The notes under the pieces are model-generated. The model saw only the letters and a program-made list of their open reading frames with translations, was not told where the DNA came from and did not search any database. Positions 1 to 11,846 of a stretch of 64,000 nucleotides of DNA are shown in pieces (position 1 is the stretch's first letter; each line of letters starts with the position of its first letter). Source of the DNA: Porticoccus sp. GTDB lineage: Bacteria; Pseudomonadota; Gammaproteobacteria; Pseudomonadales; Porticoccaceae. Location of the stretch: positions 4,765 to 68,764 of the forward strand of contig JBFICW010000007.1 in assembly GCA_041581635.1 (NCBI GenBank), read 5' to 3'. The translations under genes and the position numbers were made by a program.

Positions 1-2
1 CG

Positions 3-800
3 TCTCCCGGTCGCCGTTTTGTAGTCAGCGTTGTTAATCCTGACTTACATAAGGGTGAACCCTACGCGCCATTACTGGAAAAGAAGTCAAAGTCCGGTGG
101 CCGTAATAATAATGGTCGCATTACCACTCGCCATATTGGTGGGGGGCATAAGCAGCACTACCGTGTTATTGATTTTAAGCGAAATAAAGACGGTATTCCT
201 GGAAAGGTTGAGCGTTTGGAGTATGATCCCAACCGCACGCCATACATCGCGTTGATCTGCTATGCGGATGGCGAGCGTCGCTACATTATCGCCCCTAAAG
301 GTGTTAAGGCGGGTGATGTGCTTCATTCTGGTGTAGATGCTCCTATTAAGGTAGGCAACACCTTGCCGCTGCGCAATATCCCTGTGGGTAGTGTTGTTCA
401 TTGTATTGAGATGAAGCCTGGCAAGGGTGCTCAAATTGCACGAAGTGCTGGCACCTCGGTGCAGCTTGTTGCTCGCGAGGGGCAGTATGCAACGCTTAGA
501 TTGCGAAGCGGTGAAATGCGTAAAGTGCCTGTTGATTGCCGTGCCACGATTGGTGAAGTTTCTAACAGTGAGCATAGTTTGCGCTCGCTGGGTAAGGCTG
601 GCGCATCTCGCTGGCGTGGTGTTCGCCCAACGGTTCGTGGTGTTGCCATGAACCCGGTAGATCACCCGCATGGTGGTGGTGAAGGTCGTACATCTGGTGG
701 TCGTCACCCTGTGTCACCTTGGGGTACACCAGCTAAAGGTTATAAGACTCGTAAAAACAAGCGCACGAACAATATGATTGTCCGTCGTCGCGATAAGTAA
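3..800 (+). CDS. rplB: 50S ribosomal protein L2 (5' end outside window)
   Basis: Open frame from nt 3 (SPGRRFVV...[19 protein letters not shown]) continuing into the 216..800 ORF with [13 protein letters not shown]. Confidence 0.99.
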   Translation, partial: SPGRRFVVSVVNPDLHKGEPYAPLLEKKSKSGGRNNNGRITTRHIGGGHKQHYRVIDFKRNKDGIPGKVERLEYDPNRTPYIALICYADGERRYIIAPKGVKAGDVLHSGVDAPIKVGNTLPLRNIPVGSVVHCIEMKPGKGAQIARSAGTSVQLVAREGQYATLRLRSGEMRKVPVDCRATIGEVSNSEHSLRSLGKAGASRWRGVRPTVRGVAMNPVDHPHGGGEGRTSGGRHPVSPWGTPAKGYKTRKNKRTNNMIVRRRDK

Positions 801-823
801 TTGGTAGAGAAGAGGAAACTACA

Positions 824-1099
824 GTGCCACGTTCTCTCAAAAAAGGCCCATTCATTGACCTGCATTTGATTAAGAAGGTTGATGAAGCGCTAGAAAAAAA
901 TGATAAGCGTCCGATCAAGACTTGGTCTCGTCGTTCCATGGTTAGTCCGGATATGGTTGGGCTAACAATAGCTGTCCACAACGGTCGTCAACATGTGCCG
1001 GTACTGGTCAATGAAGAAATGGTTGGACATAAACTCGGCGAATTCGCCCCGACACGTACCTATCGTGGTCACGTGGCGGATAAAAAAGCCAAGCGCTAA
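824..1099 (+). CDS. rpsS: 30S ribosomal protein S19
   Basis: PRSLKKGPF...[12 protein letters not shown]; S10 operon order; GTG start after GAGG. Confidence 0.99.
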   Translation: MPRSLKKGPFIDLHLIKKVDEALEKNDKRPIKTWSRRSMVSPDMVGLTIAVHNGRQHVPVLVNEEMVGHKLGEFAPTRTYRGHVADKKAKR

Positions 1100-1118
1100 G
1101 CGGCGGATTGAGAGGTAA

Positions 1119-1466
1119 ATGACTGTGGAAGTAGCAGCTAAATTGCGCGGAGCCAAAATGTCAGCCCAAAAGGCTAGACTGGTTGCCGATCAGGTGCGTG
1201 GTAAGCCTGTTGAAGATGCGCTCGATATTCTGGCGTTCAGCCCGAAAAAAGGTGCCGCCATTATTAAAAAAGTGCTGGAGTCTGCCATTGCAAACGCCGA
1301 GCACAATGAAGGTGCGGATGTAGATGAGTTACGTGTGTCGACTATTTTTGTCGATGAAGGTATGACCATGAAGCGCATTAAGCCCCGTGCAAAGGGTCGC
1401 GCTGACCGGATATTCAAGCGTAGCTGTCACATTACTGTGAAAGTTGCCGATGAGGAGACCGTTTAA
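1119..1466 (+). CDS. rplV: 50S ribosomal protein L22
   Basis: [14 protein letters not shown]...PRAKGRA; stop overlaps rpsC start (TAATG). Confidence 0.99.
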   Translation: MTVEVAAKLRGAKMSAQKARLVADQVRGKPVEDALDILAFSPKKGAAIIKKVLESAIANAEHNEGADVDELRVSTIFVDEGMTMKRIKPRAKGRADRIFKRSCHITVKVADEETV

Positions 1467-2146
1467 TGGGTCAGAAAGTACATCCAACTGGCATTCGTCT
1501 GGGTATTGTTAAGAAGCATACTTCAGTTTGGTACGCCGGACAGAAAGATTACGCGGACAAGCTCAATAACGATCTTCAGGTTCGTGACTACATTAGCAAT
1601 AAGTTGTCACATGCCTCTGTAAGTCGTATTGAAATTGAGCGTCCAGCACAAACAGCTCGTATCACTATTCACACAGCCCGTCCCGGTATCGTGATTGGCA
1701 AGAAAGGTGAAGATGTTGAGAAGCTGCGCAACGAAGTGTCTGCTCAGATGGGTGTGCCCGTGCACATCAACATCGAAGAGGTTCGCAAGCCGGATCTCGA
1801 TGCAACACTTGTTGCACAGAACGTTGCTCAGCAGCTTGAGCGTCGTGTGATGTTCCGTCGCGCTATGAAACGTGCGGTACAGAATGCAATGCGACAGGGT
1901 GCCAAGGGCATTAAAATTCAGGTCGGCGGACGACTCGGAGGTGCGGAAATTGCGCGCTCTGAATGGTACCGCGAAGGCCGTGTTCCGCTTCATACGCTGC
2001 GTGCCGACATAGATTACGGTACAGCAGAAGGAGCCACCACCTACGGCATCATTGGTGTCAAGGTATGGATCTTTAAAGGTGAAGTAATCGGCGGTGAAGA
2101 GGCGGCGCAAGCGCCAGCCAAAAAATCACCAGGCAAAAAGAAGTAA
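1466..2146 (+). CDS. rpsC: 30S ribosomal protein S3
   Basis: [13 protein letters not shown]...[14 protein letters not shown]. Confidence 0.99.
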   Translation: MGQKVHPTGIRLGIVKKHTSVWYAGQKDYADKLNNDLQVRDYISNKLSHASVSRIEIERPAQTARITIHTARPGIVIGKKGEDVEKLRNEVSAQMGVPVHINIEEVRKPDLDATLVAQNVAQQLERRVMFRRAMKRAVQNAMRQGAKGIKIQVGGRLGGAEIARSEWYREGRVPLHTLRADIDYGTAEGATTYGIIGVKVWIFKGEVIGGEEAAQAPAKKSPGKKK

Positions 2147-2171
2147 GTTTGCGAGTTAAGGGTCTAGCGAA

Positions 2172-2585
2172 ATGCTGCAACCGAAACGTACAAAATTCCG
2201 TAAGCAACATAAGGGCCGTAATCGTGGTCTGGCGTTGCGCGGTAGTAAAGTAAGCTTTGGCGAGTTTGCTCTTAAAGCCACTGGTCGTGGTCGCATTACT
2301 GCGCGCCAGATCGAGGCTGCTCGTCGGGCTATGACCCGTCACATTAAGCGTGGTGGAAAGATCTGGATTAGGGTTTTCCCTGACAAGCCGATCACCAACA
2401 AGCCACTCGAAGTGCGGATGGGTAAGGGTAAGGGTAATGTTGAATACTGGGTAGCCCAGATTCAGCCTGGTAAAGTGCTCTATGAGATGGAAGGTGTATC
2501 CGAGGAATTGGCTCGTGAAGCTTTTGCTCTAGCTGCGGCCAAATTACCGATACAAACCACCTTTGTTATACGGTCGGTGATGTGA
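2172..2585 (+). CDS. rplP: 50S ribosomal protein L16
   Basis: [11 protein letters not shown]...EVRMGKGKG. Confidence 0.99.
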   Translation: MLQPKRTKFRKQHKGRNRGLALRGSKVSFGEFALKATGRGRITARQIEAARRAMTRHIKRGGKIWIRVFPDKPITNKPLEVRMGKGKGNVEYWVAQIQPGKVLYEMEGVSEELAREAFALAAAKLPIQTTFVIRSVM

Positions 2586-2776
2586 TGAATGCCAGTGAAT
2601 ATCGTGAAAAGTCAGTTGATGAGCTGAATCAAGAGCTGAACACTCAGCTCGAGCAGCAATTCAAGCTTCGTATGCAGGCGGCAACGGGTCAATTGAACCA
2701 AAGCCATAAGATTAAAGAGGCGCGCAACAATATTGCTCGCATCAAAACTGTGCTGAATGAAAAAGCGGGTAACTAA
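2585..2776 (+). CDS. rpmC: 50S ribosomal protein L29
   Basis: 63 aa; ATG overlaps rplP stop (TGATG); [10 protein letters not shown]...IARIKTVL. Confidence 0.97.
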   Translation: MNASEYREKSVDELNQELNTQLEQQFKLRMQAATGQLNQSHKIKEARNNIARIKTVLNEKAGN

Positions 2777-2777
2777 G

Positions 2778-3044
2778 ATGTCTGAAGCAGAGAAAAAAGC
2801 TCGTACGCTGTCAGGTCGGGTTGTCAGCGACAAGATGGACAAAAGTATCACTGTCCTGATTGAGCGCCGTGTTAAGCACCCTGTGTATGGCAAGATTGTA
2901 AATAAGTCCACCAAGGTCAAGGCGCACGACGAAGAAAATGTATGTCGTGCCGGCGATGTGGTGACGATTGCGGAAACGCGCCCTCTGTCCAAGACTAAAT
3001 CTTGGGCGCTGGTCAACGTTGACGAGCGTGCTGCCGAGATTTAA
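2778..3044 (+). CDS. rpsQ: 30S ribosomal protein S17
   Basis: [14 protein letters not shown]...RPLSKTKSW; start set to ATG 2778. Confidence 0.98.
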   Translation: MSEAEKKARTLSGRVVSDKMDKSITVLIERRVKHPVYGKIVNKSTKVKAHDEENVCRAGDVVTIAETRPLSKTKSWALVNVDERAAEI

Positions 3045-3079
3045 TCGGTAGGCAGCAGTATCGGGTTCGGAGATAAACG

Positions 3080-3448
3080 ATGATTCAAACAGAAAGTTAC
3101 CTGGAAGTGGCAGACAACAGCGGTGCACGTCGTGTTATGTGTATCAAAGTGTTGGGCGGTTCCCACCGTCGTTATGCCAGAGTAGGCGACATTATCAAAG
3201 TTACCGTAAAGGAAGCGATTCCTCGCGGTAAGGTAAAGAAAGGTCAGGTGATGAACGCGGTAGTTGTTCGCACCAAGAAGGGTGTGCGCCGTCAGGACGG
3301 TAGCCTGATCAAGTTTGACGATAACGCCGCAGTTCTTTTGAACCAGCAGTTAGCGCCAATCGGTACCCGCATCTTTGGGCCGGTAACACGTGAACTGCGC
3401 AGTGAGCGTTTTATGAAAATTATCTCTCTGGCACCTGAAGTTCTGTAA
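3080..3448 (+). CDS. rplN: 50S ribosomal protein L14
   Basis: [27 protein letters not shown]; first gene of spc operon. Confidence 0.99.
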   Translation: MIQTESYLEVADNSGARRVMCIKVLGGSHRRYARVGDIIKVTVKEAIPRGKVKKGQVMNAVVVRTKKGVRRQDGSLIKFDDNAAVLLNQQLAPIGTRIFGPVTRELRSERFMKIISLAPEVL

Positions 3449-3469
3449 GCCGGAGGCGAGGAAAGGGTT

Positions 3470-3787
3470 ATGCGCAAGATTAAACGTGATGACGAAATTA
3501 TCGTTATCGCCGGTAAGGACAAAGGTAAGCGAGGCAAGGTGCTTAAGGTGCAAGCCGACGGTCGCCTGATTGTCTCTGGCGTTAACATGATTAAGAAACA
3601 CCAGAAACCAAATCCCCAAATGAACGTTCCAGGTGGGATTATTGAGAAGGAAGCTCCTCTCCAGGTTTCTAATGTGGCTATATTCAATGCATCTGCTAGT
3701 AAAGCTGATCGCGTTGGTTTTAAAACGTTAGAAGACGGTAAGAAAATCCGCGTCTTCAAATCCAACGGCGAAGCCGTTGACGCCTAA
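3470..3787 (+). CDS. rplX: 50S ribosomal protein L24
   Basis: KOW motif [11 protein letters not shown]; [10 protein letters not shown]. Confidence 0.99.
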   Translation: MRKIKRDDEIIVIAGKDKGKRGKVLKVQADGRLIVSGVNMIKKHQKPNPQMNVPGGIIEKEAPLQVSNVAIFNASASKADRVGFKTLEDGKKIRVFKSNGEAVDA

Positions 3788-3804
3788 TTTGACAGGAAAC
3801 TGAC

Positions 3805-4344
3805 ATGGCAAGGCTGAAAGAAGTATACAAAAATGAAATTGCTCCCAAGCTTAAAGAAGAGCTAGGGCTAGCAAATGTAATGGAAGTCCCCAAGATCACT
3901 AAAATCACTCTTAATATGGGTGTTGGTGAGGCTCTTGGTGACAAAAAGGCTCTAGAAAATGCTGTAGCCGACATGACCTTAATTGCAGGCCAAAAACCTG
4001 TCATTAATAAAGCCCGTAAATCGATTGCAGGCTTCAAGGTTCGTGAAGGTTGGCCGATTGGCTGCAAGGTTACTCTGCGTAGTGACCGTATGTACGAATT
4101 TTTAGAGCGTTTGGTTTCGATTGCTATACCTCGTATCCGTGATTTTCGTGGCATTAGCCCGAAATCATTCGACGGCCACGGGAACTTTGCAATGGGTATA
4201 AGTGAGCAGATCATTTTCCCCGAAATCGATTACGACAAAGTGGACACGTTACGTGGTATGGATATCACTATTACTACAAGTGCCCGAAATAATGACGAAG
4301 GTCGTGCTCTTTTGCGCGCTTTCAACTTCCCACTTAAGGGTTGA
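3805..4344 (+). CDS. rplE: 50S ribosomal protein L5
   Basis: [13 protein letters not shown]...RIRDFRG. Confidence 0.99.
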   Translation: MARLKEVYKNEIAPKLKEELGLANVMEVPKITKITLNMGVGEALGDKKALENAVADMTLIAGQKPVINKARKSIAGFKVREGWPIGCKVTLRSDRMYEFLERLVSIAIPRIRDFRGISPKSFDGHGNFAMGISEQIIFPEIDYDKVDTLRGMDITITTSARNNDEGRALLRAFNFPLKG

Positions 4345-4354
4345 GGTTAGATAA

Positions 4355-4660
4355 ATGGCAAAAATTTCCATGATCGAGCGTGAGAAAAAACGCGCACGCA
4401 CAGTTGCCAAGTATGCTGAGAAGCGTGCTGCGCTGAAAGCGGTTATCGCTAGTCCTGAAGCCTCTGAAGAGGAGCGTTGGGAAGCGCAAGTGAAACTGCA
4501 ACAATTGCCGCGCGATGCCAGTCCATCACGCCAGCGTAACCGCTGTCGTCAGACTGGCCGTCCACACGGTGTTTACCGTAAGTTTGGGTTGTGCCGTATC
4601 AAGTTGCGTGAAGCGGCCATGCGTGGCGATGTGCCCGGTCTGGTTAAGGCTAGCTGGTAA
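4355..4660 (+). CDS. rpsN: 30S ribosomal protein S14 (long form, no full Zn ribbon)
   Basis: 101 aa, [12 protein letters not shown]...[11 protein letters not shown]. Confidence 0.99.
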   Translation: MAKISMIEREKKRARTVAKYAEKRAALKAVIASPEASEEERWEAQVKLQQLPRDASPSRQRNRCRQTGRPHGVYRKFGLCRIKLREAAMRGDVPGLVKASW

Positions 4661-4689
4661 GTACAGCAGCCAATTGAGGAATTGAACTG

Positions 4690-5082
4690 ATGAGCATGCA
4701 AGATTCAATAGCAGACATGTTGACCCGTATCCGCAATGCGCAGATGACGGCAAAACAAACTGTTTCCATGCCTTCCGCCAAATTAAAGGTGGCTGTGGCT
4801 CAAGTGCTGCAAGATGAAGGTTATATCAAAGGCTTCAACGTTGCTGAAGGTGCTAAACCTGAATTAACCGTTGACCTAAAGTATTTCGAGGGCAAGCCTG
4901 TTATCGCTGAAATTCATCGTTACAGTCGCCCTGGTCTGCGAAAGTACTCTGGCTCAAATGCTCTACCTACTATCCGTAGTGGGCTCGGTGTTGCCATCGT
5001 TTCAACAAGCAAGGGCGTAATGACCGACCGTGCTGCCCGCGCTGCCGGTATCGGTGGCGAGGTTCTTTGCACAGTATTCTAA
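4690..5082 (+). CDS. rpsH: 30S ribosomal protein S8
   Basis: [13 protein letters not shown]...SRPGLR...GGEVLC. Confidence 0.99.
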   Translation: MSMQDSIADMLTRIRNAQMTAKQTVSMPSAKLKVAVAQVLQDEGYIKGFNVAEGAKPELTVDLKYFEGKPVIAEIHRYSRPGLRKYSGSNALPTIRSGLGVAIVSTSKGVMTDRAARAAGIGGEVLCTVF

Positions 5083-5095
5083 CGGGATTGTCGAG

Positions 5096-5629
5096 ATGTC
5101 TAGAGTTGCAAAAAATCCGGTGAATGTTCCGGCTGGTGTTGAGATAAAACTCAGCGGCAGTGAGATTTCAGTCAAGGGTGGTAAGACTGCATTGTCTATC
5201 TCCATCAATGACAATGTGGAAATCAAGCAGGAAGACAATGTGTTGACCTTTGCCCCTAAAGATGGAAGCAAGCAGGCCAATGCAATGGCGGGTACAACCC
5301 GCGCACTAGTCAACAATATGGTTGTCGGTGTTAGTCAAGGGTTTGAGAAAAAGTTACAGTTGATTGGTGTTGGTTATCGTGCCCAGTGTCAGGGTAACAA
5401 GTTGAATCTCACTCTGGGTTTTTCTCACCCAGTTGAGTATTTGCTTCCTGAAGGTGTAACAGCTGAAACTCCAAGTCAAACAGAAATCGTGCTGAAAGCG
5501 GCTGACAAACAATTGCTTGGACAGGTGGCATCGGAAATCCGTGCCTACCGTCCACCAGAGCCATACAAAGGTAAAGGGGTTCGCTATGCGGACGAGCAAG
5601 TACGTCGTAAAGAAGCTAAGAAGAAGTAG
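5096..5629 (+). CDS. rplF: 50S ribosomal protein L6
   Basis: MSRVAKNPV...[10 protein letters not shown]; start corrected to ATG 5096. Confidence 0.99.
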   Translation: MSRVAKNPVNVPAGVEIKLSGSEISVKGGKTALSISINDNVEIKQEDNVLTFAPKDGSKQANAMAGTTRALVNNMVVGVSQGFEKKLQLIGVGYRAQCQGNKLNLTLGFSHPVEYLLPEGVTAETPSQTEIVLKAADKQLLGQVASEIRAYRPPEPYKGKGVRYADEQVRRKEAKKK

Positions 5630-5638
5630 GTTAGGATC

Positions 5639-5989
5639 ATGAGCGACAAGAAACAATCTCGTCTGCGTCGTGCACGCCGTGCTCGCTGCAAAATCCGTGA
5701 GTTGGGCGCCAACAGGTTGTGTGTAAACCGCACTCCTCGGCATATCTACGCACAAGTTATTTCTCCAGACGGAGATCAGGTGCTGGCTTCAGCCTCAACC
5801 CTGGATAAGTCATTGCGTGCTGGTCAAACTGGTAATGTTGATGCTGCCAAGAGTGTCGGCTCTTTGCTTGCAGAGCGTGCCAAAGCTGCGGGCATCACTC
5901 AGGTTGCATTTGACCGCAGCGGTTTTAAATACCACGGTCGCGTTAAGGCGTTGGCAGATGCCGCGCGTGAAGCCGGTCTTGAATTCTAA
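5639..5989 (+). CDS. rplR: 50S ribosomal protein L18
   Basis: [24 protein letters not shown]. Confidence 0.99.
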   Translation: MSDKKQSRLRRARRARCKIRELGANRLCVNRTPRHIYAQVISPDGDQVLASASTLDKSLRAGQTGNVDAAKSVGSLLAERAKAAGITQVAFDRSGFKYHGRVKALADAAREAGLEF

Positions 5990-6001
5990 AGGTTTAGCGA
6001 T

Positions 6002-6520
6002 ATGTCGAGAGATCAGAGAGATCAGAGAGATTCAGCGGCAGATGAAGGTCTGCAGGAAAAGCTGGTTCAGGTTAACCGTGTAGCGAAAACTGTCAAAGGT
6101 GGTCGTATCTTCGGTTTCACTGCGCTGACAGTAGTCGGTGACGGTAATGGCAAAGTTGGCTTTGGTCGCGGAAAGGCTCGCGAAGTACCACAGGCTATTC
6201 AAAAAGCCATGGAAGCCGCTCGCCGGAATATGATTAACGTTGAGTTGGATGGAAGTACCATTCAGTATGCAACGAAAGCAAACCACGGCGCATCCAAGGT
6301 CTACATGCAGCCTGCATCAGAAGGTACGGGTGTTATTGCTGGTGGTGCCATGCGAGCAGTACTTGAGATCGCTGGTGTACAGAACGTTTTGGCCAAATGC
6401 TATGGCTCTACAAATCCTGTGAATGTTGTGCGTGCTACTTTCAAAGCACTTCAAACAATGTCATCACCGGACGAAGTAGCTGCAAAGCGCGGCAAGACAG
6501 TTGAAGAAATTCTGAATTAA
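6002..6520 (+). CDS. rpsE: 30S ribosomal protein S5
   Basis: [15 protein letters not shown]...GTGVIAGG. Confidence 0.99.
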   Translation: MSRDQRDQRDSAADEGLQEKLVQVNRVAKTVKGGRIFGFTALTVVGDGNGKVGFGRGKAREVPQAIQKAMEAARRNMINVELDGSTIQYATKANHGASKVYMQPASEGTGVIAGGAMRAVLEIAGVQNVLAKCYGSTNPVNVVRATFKALQTMSSPDEVAAKRGKTVEEILN

Positions 6521-6560
6521 GCCCGACGGTTGTCGAGCGACGTATAACGGAAGTTTTACC

Positions 6561-6749
6561 ATGGCGAAGGCTAACAAAATCAAGGTTACATTGGTGCGCA
6601 GCACTAATGGCCGACTAGCAGCACACAAAGCTTGTGTCGCTGGCTTAGGTTTGCGTCGGATCAACCACAGCGTTGAAGTAGAAGATACTCCATCAGTTCG
6701 TGGCATGATTAATAAAGTTCACTATTTGGTTAAGGTTGAGGGAGAGTAA
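6561..6749 (+). CDS. rpmD: 50S ribosomal protein L30
   Basis: IKVTLVRS...GLGLRRIN...VRGMINKV. Confidence 0.98.
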   Translation: MAKANKIKVTLVRSTNGRLAAHKACVAGLGLRRINHSVEVEDTPSVRGMINKVHYLVKVEGE

Positions 6750-6750
6750 T

Positions 6751-7185
6751 ATGCGTCTCAATACGCTAAGTCCCGCACCCGGCAGAATTAAAGAGGCTAA
6801 ACGTGTCGGTCGTGGTATCGGTAGTGGCCTAGGTAAAACTGCTGGCCGTGGCCACAAAGGTCAGAAATCCCGTTCAGGTGGACGTGTCCGCCCAGGTTTT
6901 GAAGGCGGTCAAATGCCTTTGCAGAAACGCCTGCCAAAATACGGTTTCACCTCACGGATATCTCGAGTTACAGCCGAGATTCGTTTGAGTGAACTGAATA
7001 AAATTGACGGCGGTATCGTTACTATCGAAACTTTGCGTGCTGCAGGTTTGATTACTAACAACATTACCCGTGCCAAAGTATTTTTGTCTGGTGAGCTGAG
7101 CAAGCCAGTGACCGTTAAAGGTCTCCGTGTAACCAAGGGTGCCTTGGCTGCGATCGAAACATCTGGTGGCAAGGTAGAAGAGTAA
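6751..7185 (+). CDS. rplO: 50S ribosomal protein L15
   Basis: [21 protein letters not shown]; start ATG 6751. Confidence 0.99.
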   Translation: MRLNTLSPAPGRIKEAKRVGRGIGSGLGKTAGRGHKGQKSRSGGRVRPGFEGGQMPLQKRLPKYGFTSRISRVTAEIRLSELNKIDGGIVTIETLRAAGLITNNITRAKVFLSGELSKPVTVKGLRVTKGALAAIETSGGKVEE

Positions 7186-7191
7186 TACCTG

Positions 7192-8514
7192 ATGGCAAAA
7201 CCCGGGAACATGCCGCAAGGCAATATGAAAGGTTTAGGCGAGCTGTGGGCTCGCCTTCGCTTTTTGTTCATTGCACTTGTGATTTATCGAATCGGAACCC
7301 ATATTCCGGTACCCGGAATTGATCCTGATAGGCTTTCAGACCTTTTCAACCAGAATCAAGGTACCATCATCGGTATGTTCAACATGTTTTCCGGTGGTGC
7401 CCTGGAGCGGATGAGCATACTTGCGCTGGGAATTATGCCTTACATTTCAGCCTCTATTATCATGCAGTTAATGACAGCGGTGACGCCATCATTAGAACAG
7501 CTTAAGAAAGAGGGTGATGCTGGTAGACGTAAGATTAACCAGTACACAAGATATGGCACTGTGCTGTTGGCCACTGTTCAGGCAATTGGTATGTCTGTTG
7601 GTTTGGCTGGTCAAGGACTTGCTTATACAGCTGACTTTAGCTTCTACTTTATTGCTGTTATCTCGTTGGTAACGGGTGCTGTATTTTTGATGTGGTTAGG
7701 TGAGCAGATCACCGAGCGCGGCGTTGGTAACGGTATTTCAATGCTTATCTTTGCTGGTATCGTGGCAGGGATACCGTCTGCAATCGGTCAGGCTTTTGAG
7801 TCTTCTCGGCAGGGTGAATTACATATTTTGGCGTTGTTGTTGGTTGCTATATTGGCCGTAGCTATTGTCTACTTCGTGGTATTTATTGAGCGTGGCCAGC
7901 GCCGTATAACCGTAAACTATGCCCAGAGACAGCAAGGTCGTGGGCCGGCGCAGTCTAGCCATTTGCCGTTGAAGGTTAACATGGCAGGTGTTATTCCTGC
8001 GATTTTTGCTAGTAGCTTGTTGTTATTTCCGGCATCTATTGCCCAGTGGTTTGGGCAGGGTGCAGATACTCCAGATTGGTTGCAGGACGTCGCATTGTTC
8101 ATTGGCCCAGGCCAGCCTCTGCATGTATTGCTTTTCTCTGGGTTGATTATATTTTTCTGTTTTTTCTATTCGGCATTAATGTTTAACCCGAAAGAAATGG
8201 CAGATAATTTAAAACGTGGTGGAGCGTTCTTGCCAGGTATTCGTCCTGGTGAGCAAACCGCTAAATATATTGACGGTGTTATGACTCGGCTTACTTTGGT
8301 TGGCGGACTCTACATGACGGCAGTATGTTTGCTTCCACAGTTTTTGAATGTCTATCTGAATGTCCCATTTTATCTTGGTGGTACTTCGCTGTTGATTGCA
8401 GTGGTTGTCACAATGGATTTTATGGCTCAGGTACAGTCGCATCTTATGTCTCATCAGTATGAGTCATTGATGAAAAAATCAAATTTGAAAGGTTATGGCG
8501 GCGGTAGCCGCTAG
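7192..8514 (+). CDS. secY: Preprotein translocase subunit SecY
   Basis: Ten hydrophobic segments, [26 protein letters not shown]. Confidence 0.99.
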   Translation: MAKPGNMPQGNMKGLGELWARLRFLFIALVIYRIGTHIPVPGIDPDRLSDLFNQNQGTIIGMFNMFSGGALERMSILALGIMPYISASIIMQLMTAVTPSLEQLKKEGDAGRRKINQYTRYGTVLLATVQAIGMSVGLAGQGLAYTADFSFYFIAVISLVTGAVFLMWLGEQITERGVGNGISMLIFAGIVAGIPSAIGQAFESSRQGELHILALLLVAILAVAIVYFVVFIERGQRRITVNYAQRQQGRGPAQSSHLPLKVNMAGVIPAIFASSLLLFPASIAQWFGQGADTPDWLQDVALFIGPGQPLHVLLFSGLIIFFCFFYSALMFNPKEMADNLKRGGAFLPGIRPGEQTAKYIDGVMTRLTLVGGLYMTAVCLLPQFLNVYLNVPFYLGGTSLLIAVVVTMDFMAQVQSHLMSHQYESLMKKSNLKGYGGGSR

Positions 8515-8533
8515 TTGGAGTTGAGGTGTCGAT

Positions 8534-8650
8534 ATGAAAGTGCGTGCTTCTGTTAAAAAAATGTGCCGTAACTGTAAGATTGTAAAACGCAAAAGCGTTG
8601 TTCGTGTGATCTGCAGTGTCGAGCCACGTCATAAACAGCGTCAAGGTTAA
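8534..8650 (+). CDS. rpmJ: 50S ribosomal protein L36 (Zn-binding C+ form), absent from ORF track
   Basis: Manual translation [38 protein letters not shown]; RBS GAGG. Confidence 0.98.
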   Translation: MKVRASVKKMCRNCKIVKRKSVVRVICSVEPRHKQRQG

Positions 8651-8663
8651 TTGCGCTGGGTTA

Positions 8664-8692
8664 TTGATTTTTATTGCTTCTAAAGCTATCAT
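8664..8692 (+). promoter_or_regulatory. Sigma70 promoter of the alpha operon
   Basis: TTGATT-17 nt-TATCAT followed by GC-rich TTTGCGCC discriminator, upstream of rpsM. Confidence 0.65.
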
Positions 8693-8699
8693 TTTGCGC

Positions 8700-8790
8700 C
8701 TTTTTTGGGCCGCTCTCGATTGAGAGCAAGTGAAACGATCGTAAGGCAGCAGTCAAACATTAAAGTGGAGTAAAGTGATGGCCCGTATTT
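8700..8790 (+). promoter_or_regulatory. Probable S4-responsive alpha-operon leader
   Basis: 5' GGGCC complementary to GGCCC in the rpsM start (ATGGCCCGT) plus hairpin GCTCTC-GATT-GAGAGC; arrangement resembles the E. coli alpha mRNA pseudoknot. Confidence 0.45.
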
Positions 8791-9134
8791 CCGGTGTCAA
8801 CATCCCCGATCATAAACATGCGGTGATTTCCCTCACCTATGTATTCGGGATTGGTCGTACCTCTGCCAAGGCAATTTGTGCTGAGGTGGGTATTGCTGAA
8901 GACGTTAAAATTTCTGAATTGTCCGATGAGCAGATGGATTCGGTACGTAACGCCGTAGGCGAACGTGCCGTCGAAGGTGATCTTCGTCGGGAAGTCAACA
9001 TGAACATTAAACGGTTGATGGATCTGGGGTGTTATCGAGGCCTTCGTCATCGTCGCAGTCTCCCACTCCGAGGTCAGCGTACCAAAACAAATGCGCGTAC
9101 CCGTAAAGGCCCTCGCAAGCCCATTAAGCGATAG
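8778..9134 (+). CDS. rpsM: 30S ribosomal protein S13
   Basis: [10 protein letters not shown]...[14 protein letters not shown]. Confidence 0.99.
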   Translation: MARISGVNIPDHKHAVISLTYVFGIGRTSAKAICAEVGIAEDVKISELSDEQMDSVRNAVGERAVEGDLRREVNMNIKRLMDLGCYRGLRHRRSLPLRGQRTKTNARTRKGPRKPIKR

Positions 9135-9146
9135 GAAACCATAGTT

Positions 9147-9539
9147 ATGGCAAAGCCTGGACAAAAAAGTACACGTAAAAAGGTTAAAAAGACCGTCGTT
9201 GATGGTGTTGCACATATTCATGCATCTTTTAACAATACAATTGTCACCATTACAGACCGCCAGGGTAATACTCTGAGTTGGGCTACAGCGGGTGGTTCTG
9301 GATTCCGTGGCTCTCGTAAGAGTACGCCATTCGCTGCTCAGGTTGCAGCAGAGCGGGCCGGACTTGCTGCGCAAGAATATGGTTTGAAGAACCTGGACGT
9401 TGAAGTAAAAGGGCCTGGACCTGGACGCGAGTCTGCAGTCCGAGCACTGAACAACGCAGGTTACAAAATTACAAACATTACCGACGTGACGCCTATTCCA
9501 CATAATGGTTGTCGTCCGCCGAAAAAACGTCGCGTATAA
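9147..9539 (+). CDS. rpsK: 30S ribosomal protein S11
   Basis: [12 protein letters not shown]...[18 protein letters not shown]. Confidence 0.99.
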   Translation: MAKPGQKSTRKKVKKTVVDGVAHIHASFNNTIVTITDRQGNTLSWATAGGSGFRGSRKSTPFAAQVAAERAGLAAQEYGLKNLDVEVKGPGPGRESAVRALNNAGYKITNITDVTPIPHNGCRPPKKRRV

Positions 9540-9555
9540 CGAGGATAGTTGACAA

Positions 9556-10176
9556 ATGGCAAGATATCTCGGACCGACTTGTAAGCTTTCACGCCGTGAA
9601 GGCACCGATCTTTTTCTCAAGAGTGGTATCCGCCCTCTTGAATCAAAGTGTCGCGCGGAAAGTGTTCCAGGACAGCATGGACAAAGACGTAGTCGTCTTT
9701 CTGACTATGGCGTTCAGCTACGTGAAAAACAAAAGGTACGTCGTATTTATGGCGTTCTGGAAAAACAATTCCGTAACTACTATAAAGAAGCAGCACGTCT
9801 GAAAGGTGCTACTGGTGAAAACCTGTTACAGCTTCTTGAACGCCGTTTAGACAATGTAGCTTACCGCATGGGCTTTGGCTCTACTCGCGCGGAAGCTCGC
9901 CAGCTTGTCGCTCACAATGCCATTCTTGTGAATGGCCAGAAAGTAAACGTTGCTTCCTTCCGTGTGAGTGAAGGTGATGTCGTTAGTATTCGCGAGAAAT
10001 CAAAGAATCAATTGCGTATCCAGTCAGCCATGCAAATTGCTGCGCAGCGTGGTCATGTTGAGTGGATTGAAGTCGATGCAAACAAAATGGAAGGCACTTA
10101 CAAGCGTGTTCCTGACCGCAGCGATCTTCCTGCCGAAATCAATGAAAATCTCATTGTGGAACTTTACTCCAAGTAA
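9556..10176 (+). CDS. rpsD: 30S ribosomal protein S4
   Basis: [16 protein letters not shown]...LERRLDNV. Confidence 0.99.
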   Translation: MARYLGPTCKLSRREGTDLFLKSGIRPLESKCRAESVPGQHGQRRSRLSDYGVQLREKQKVRRIYGVLEKQFRNYYKEAARLKGATGENLLQLLERRLDNVAYRMGFGSTRAEARQLVAHNAILVNGQKVNVASFRVSEGDVVSIREKSKNQLRIQSAMQIAAQRGHVEWIEVDANKMEGTYKRVPDRSDLPAEINENLIVELYSK

Positions 10177-10225
10177 AGAACCGTTAGGTTGATGACCAGT
10201 TAAGCGACTCCATACAGGTACGGAT

Positions 10226-11224
10226 ATGCAAACATCAGTAAATGAATTTTTGACACCTCGCACTATCGACGTCACTGAATATAGCTCCACACGAGCTAAA
10301 GTTGTTCTGGAACCTCTTGAGCGTGGCTTTGGCCACACTTTAGGTAATGCGCTACGTCGTATTCTGCTCTCCTCAATGGCTGGAGCTGCCATCGTTGAAG
10401 TCGAAATTGATGGCGTCCTGCATGAGTACAGTAGTATTGAAGGTGTTCAAGAGGACGTAATTGAGATCCTTTTGAATTTAAAAGATGTTGCTATTGTTCT
10501 TCACGATAAAGAAGAAGTAACCCTAACGCTTAGCAAAAAAGGTAAGGGCGTGGTTACTGCTGGTGATATTCAAGTAGATAATTCATCAGAGATTAAAAAC
10601 CCTGATCACGTTATCGCCAATATCACTGGGGATGCAGAGTTGAATATGCAGCTTCATGTAGTGCTGGGTCGTGGTTATCAGCCCTCTAATACTCGTGTTA
10701 ATGATGAAGAAGAAACACGTGCTATTGGTCGACTACAGCTCGACGCAACATTCAGTCCTGTCCGTCGAATTGCATATGTTGTGGAGAGTGCTCGTGTAGA
10801 GCAACGTACAGATTTGGATAAATTAGTACTGGATATTGAAACAAACGGTACTATTGATCCGGAAGAGTCTATCCGTCGAGCAGCAACTATTCTTCAGCAG
10901 CAACTGGCTGTTTTCGTTGATCTGGAAAGTGAAAGTCTCGCAGAACCCGCTGAGAAGGAAGAAGAGGTTGATCCAATCTTACTTCGTCCAGTTGATGATC
11001 TGGAGCTTACAGTGCGCTCAGCGAACTGCTTAAAGGCTGAAAGTATTTATTATATTGGTGACTTAATCCAGCGTACTGAAGTAGAACTACTTAAGACGCC
11101 AAATTTGGGTAAAAAGTCTCTGACAGAAATCAAAGATGTTCTTGCTTCCCGAGGTTTGTCCCTTGGCATGCGCTTGGAAAACTGGCCACCAGCCAGCCTG
11201 CGTACTGAAAGCGAGTTTGTATAA
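10226..11224 (+). CDS. rpoA: RNA polymerase alpha subunit
   Basis: [18 protein letters not shown]; [22 protein letters not shown]. Confidence 0.99.
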   Translation: MQTSVNEFLTPRTIDVTEYSSTRAKVVLEPLERGFGHTLGNALRRILLSSMAGAAIVEVEIDGVLHEYSSIEGVQEDVIEILLNLKDVAIVLHDKEEVTLTLSKKGKGVVTAGDIQVDNSSEIKNPDHVIANITGDAELNMQLHVVLGRGYQPSNTRVNDEEETRAIGRLQLDATFSPVRRIAYVVESARVEQRTDLDKLVLDIETNGTIDPEESIRRAATILQQQLAVFVDLESESLAEPAEKEEEVDPILLRPVDDLELTVRSANCLKAESIYYIGDLIQRTEVELLKTPNLGKKSLTEIKDVLASRGLSLGMRLENWPPASLRTESEFV

Positions 11225-11307
11225 TCACCTGTACCGCTAGCTTTTTTAGCAGTTGGGTTTGAAAAATTTATTGCTGAGACAGCAACACTTTTTGAGGAAG
11301 TAAAATC

Positions 11308-11706
11308 ATGCGTCATCGCTATAGTGGCCGCAAACTGAGTCGCACAGGTGCACACCGTCGTGCCATGTTCCGCAACATGACGGCATCTCTTGTCGAGCAC
11401 GAACTTATTAAGACCACGCTACCAAAAGCCAAGGAGCTTCGTCGCTTCGCAGAGCCGCTGATTACTCTTGCAAAGCAAGACAGTGTAGCTAACCGTCGTC
11501 TTGCCTTTAGTCGTTTGCAAGATAAAGCGACAGTTGGCAAGCTTTTCTCTGAGCTGGCCCCCCGTTATGAAGGTCGACCAGGCGGTTATATTCGTATCCT
11601 TAAATGTGGGTTTCGCTCTGGTGATGCTGCACCGATGGCGTACGTAGAACTTGTTGATCGCCCAGAAGTTGAAGCGGTTGACCTGGAAGATTCTGCCGAA
11701 GATTAA
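11308..11706 (+). CDS. rplQ: 50S ribosomal protein L17
   Basis: [12 protein letters not shown]...[12 protein letters not shown]. Confidence 0.99.
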   Translation: MRHRYSGRKLSRTGAHRRAMFRNMTASLVEHELIKTTLPKAKELRRFAEPLITLAKQDSVANRRLAFSRLQDKATVGKLFSELAPRYEGRPGGYIRILKCGFRSGDAAPMAYVELVDRPEVEAVDLEDSAED

Positions 11707-11727
11707 TAATCATCTTTAGCAGTGATT

Positions 11728-11754
11728 AAAGGCCGAGCTTATGCTCGGCCTTTT
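11728..11754 (+). terminator. Rho-independent terminator of the alpha operon
   Basis: AAAGGCCGAGC-TTAT-GCTCGGCCTTTT. Confidence 0.9.
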
Positions 11755-11846
11755 GCATTCTAGTACTTATTTTCTCCACGATCTTTTACCCTTATGTGAT
11801 AATCACGTTATGCTCGTTATTTATTAGTTATCCATGCAGGTTTTTT

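Noticed and set aside
8534-8650. Zn-binding L36 alongside a non-Zn long S14
   Set aside because: Normal combination in Gammaproteobacteria; not unusual
87-11540. Many long antisense or alternate-frame ORFs over the ribosomal operons (e.g. 87..707-, 1607..2110-, 8760..9620-)
   Set aside because: Shadows of highly conserved, codon-biased genes, with no recognisable motifs or RBS
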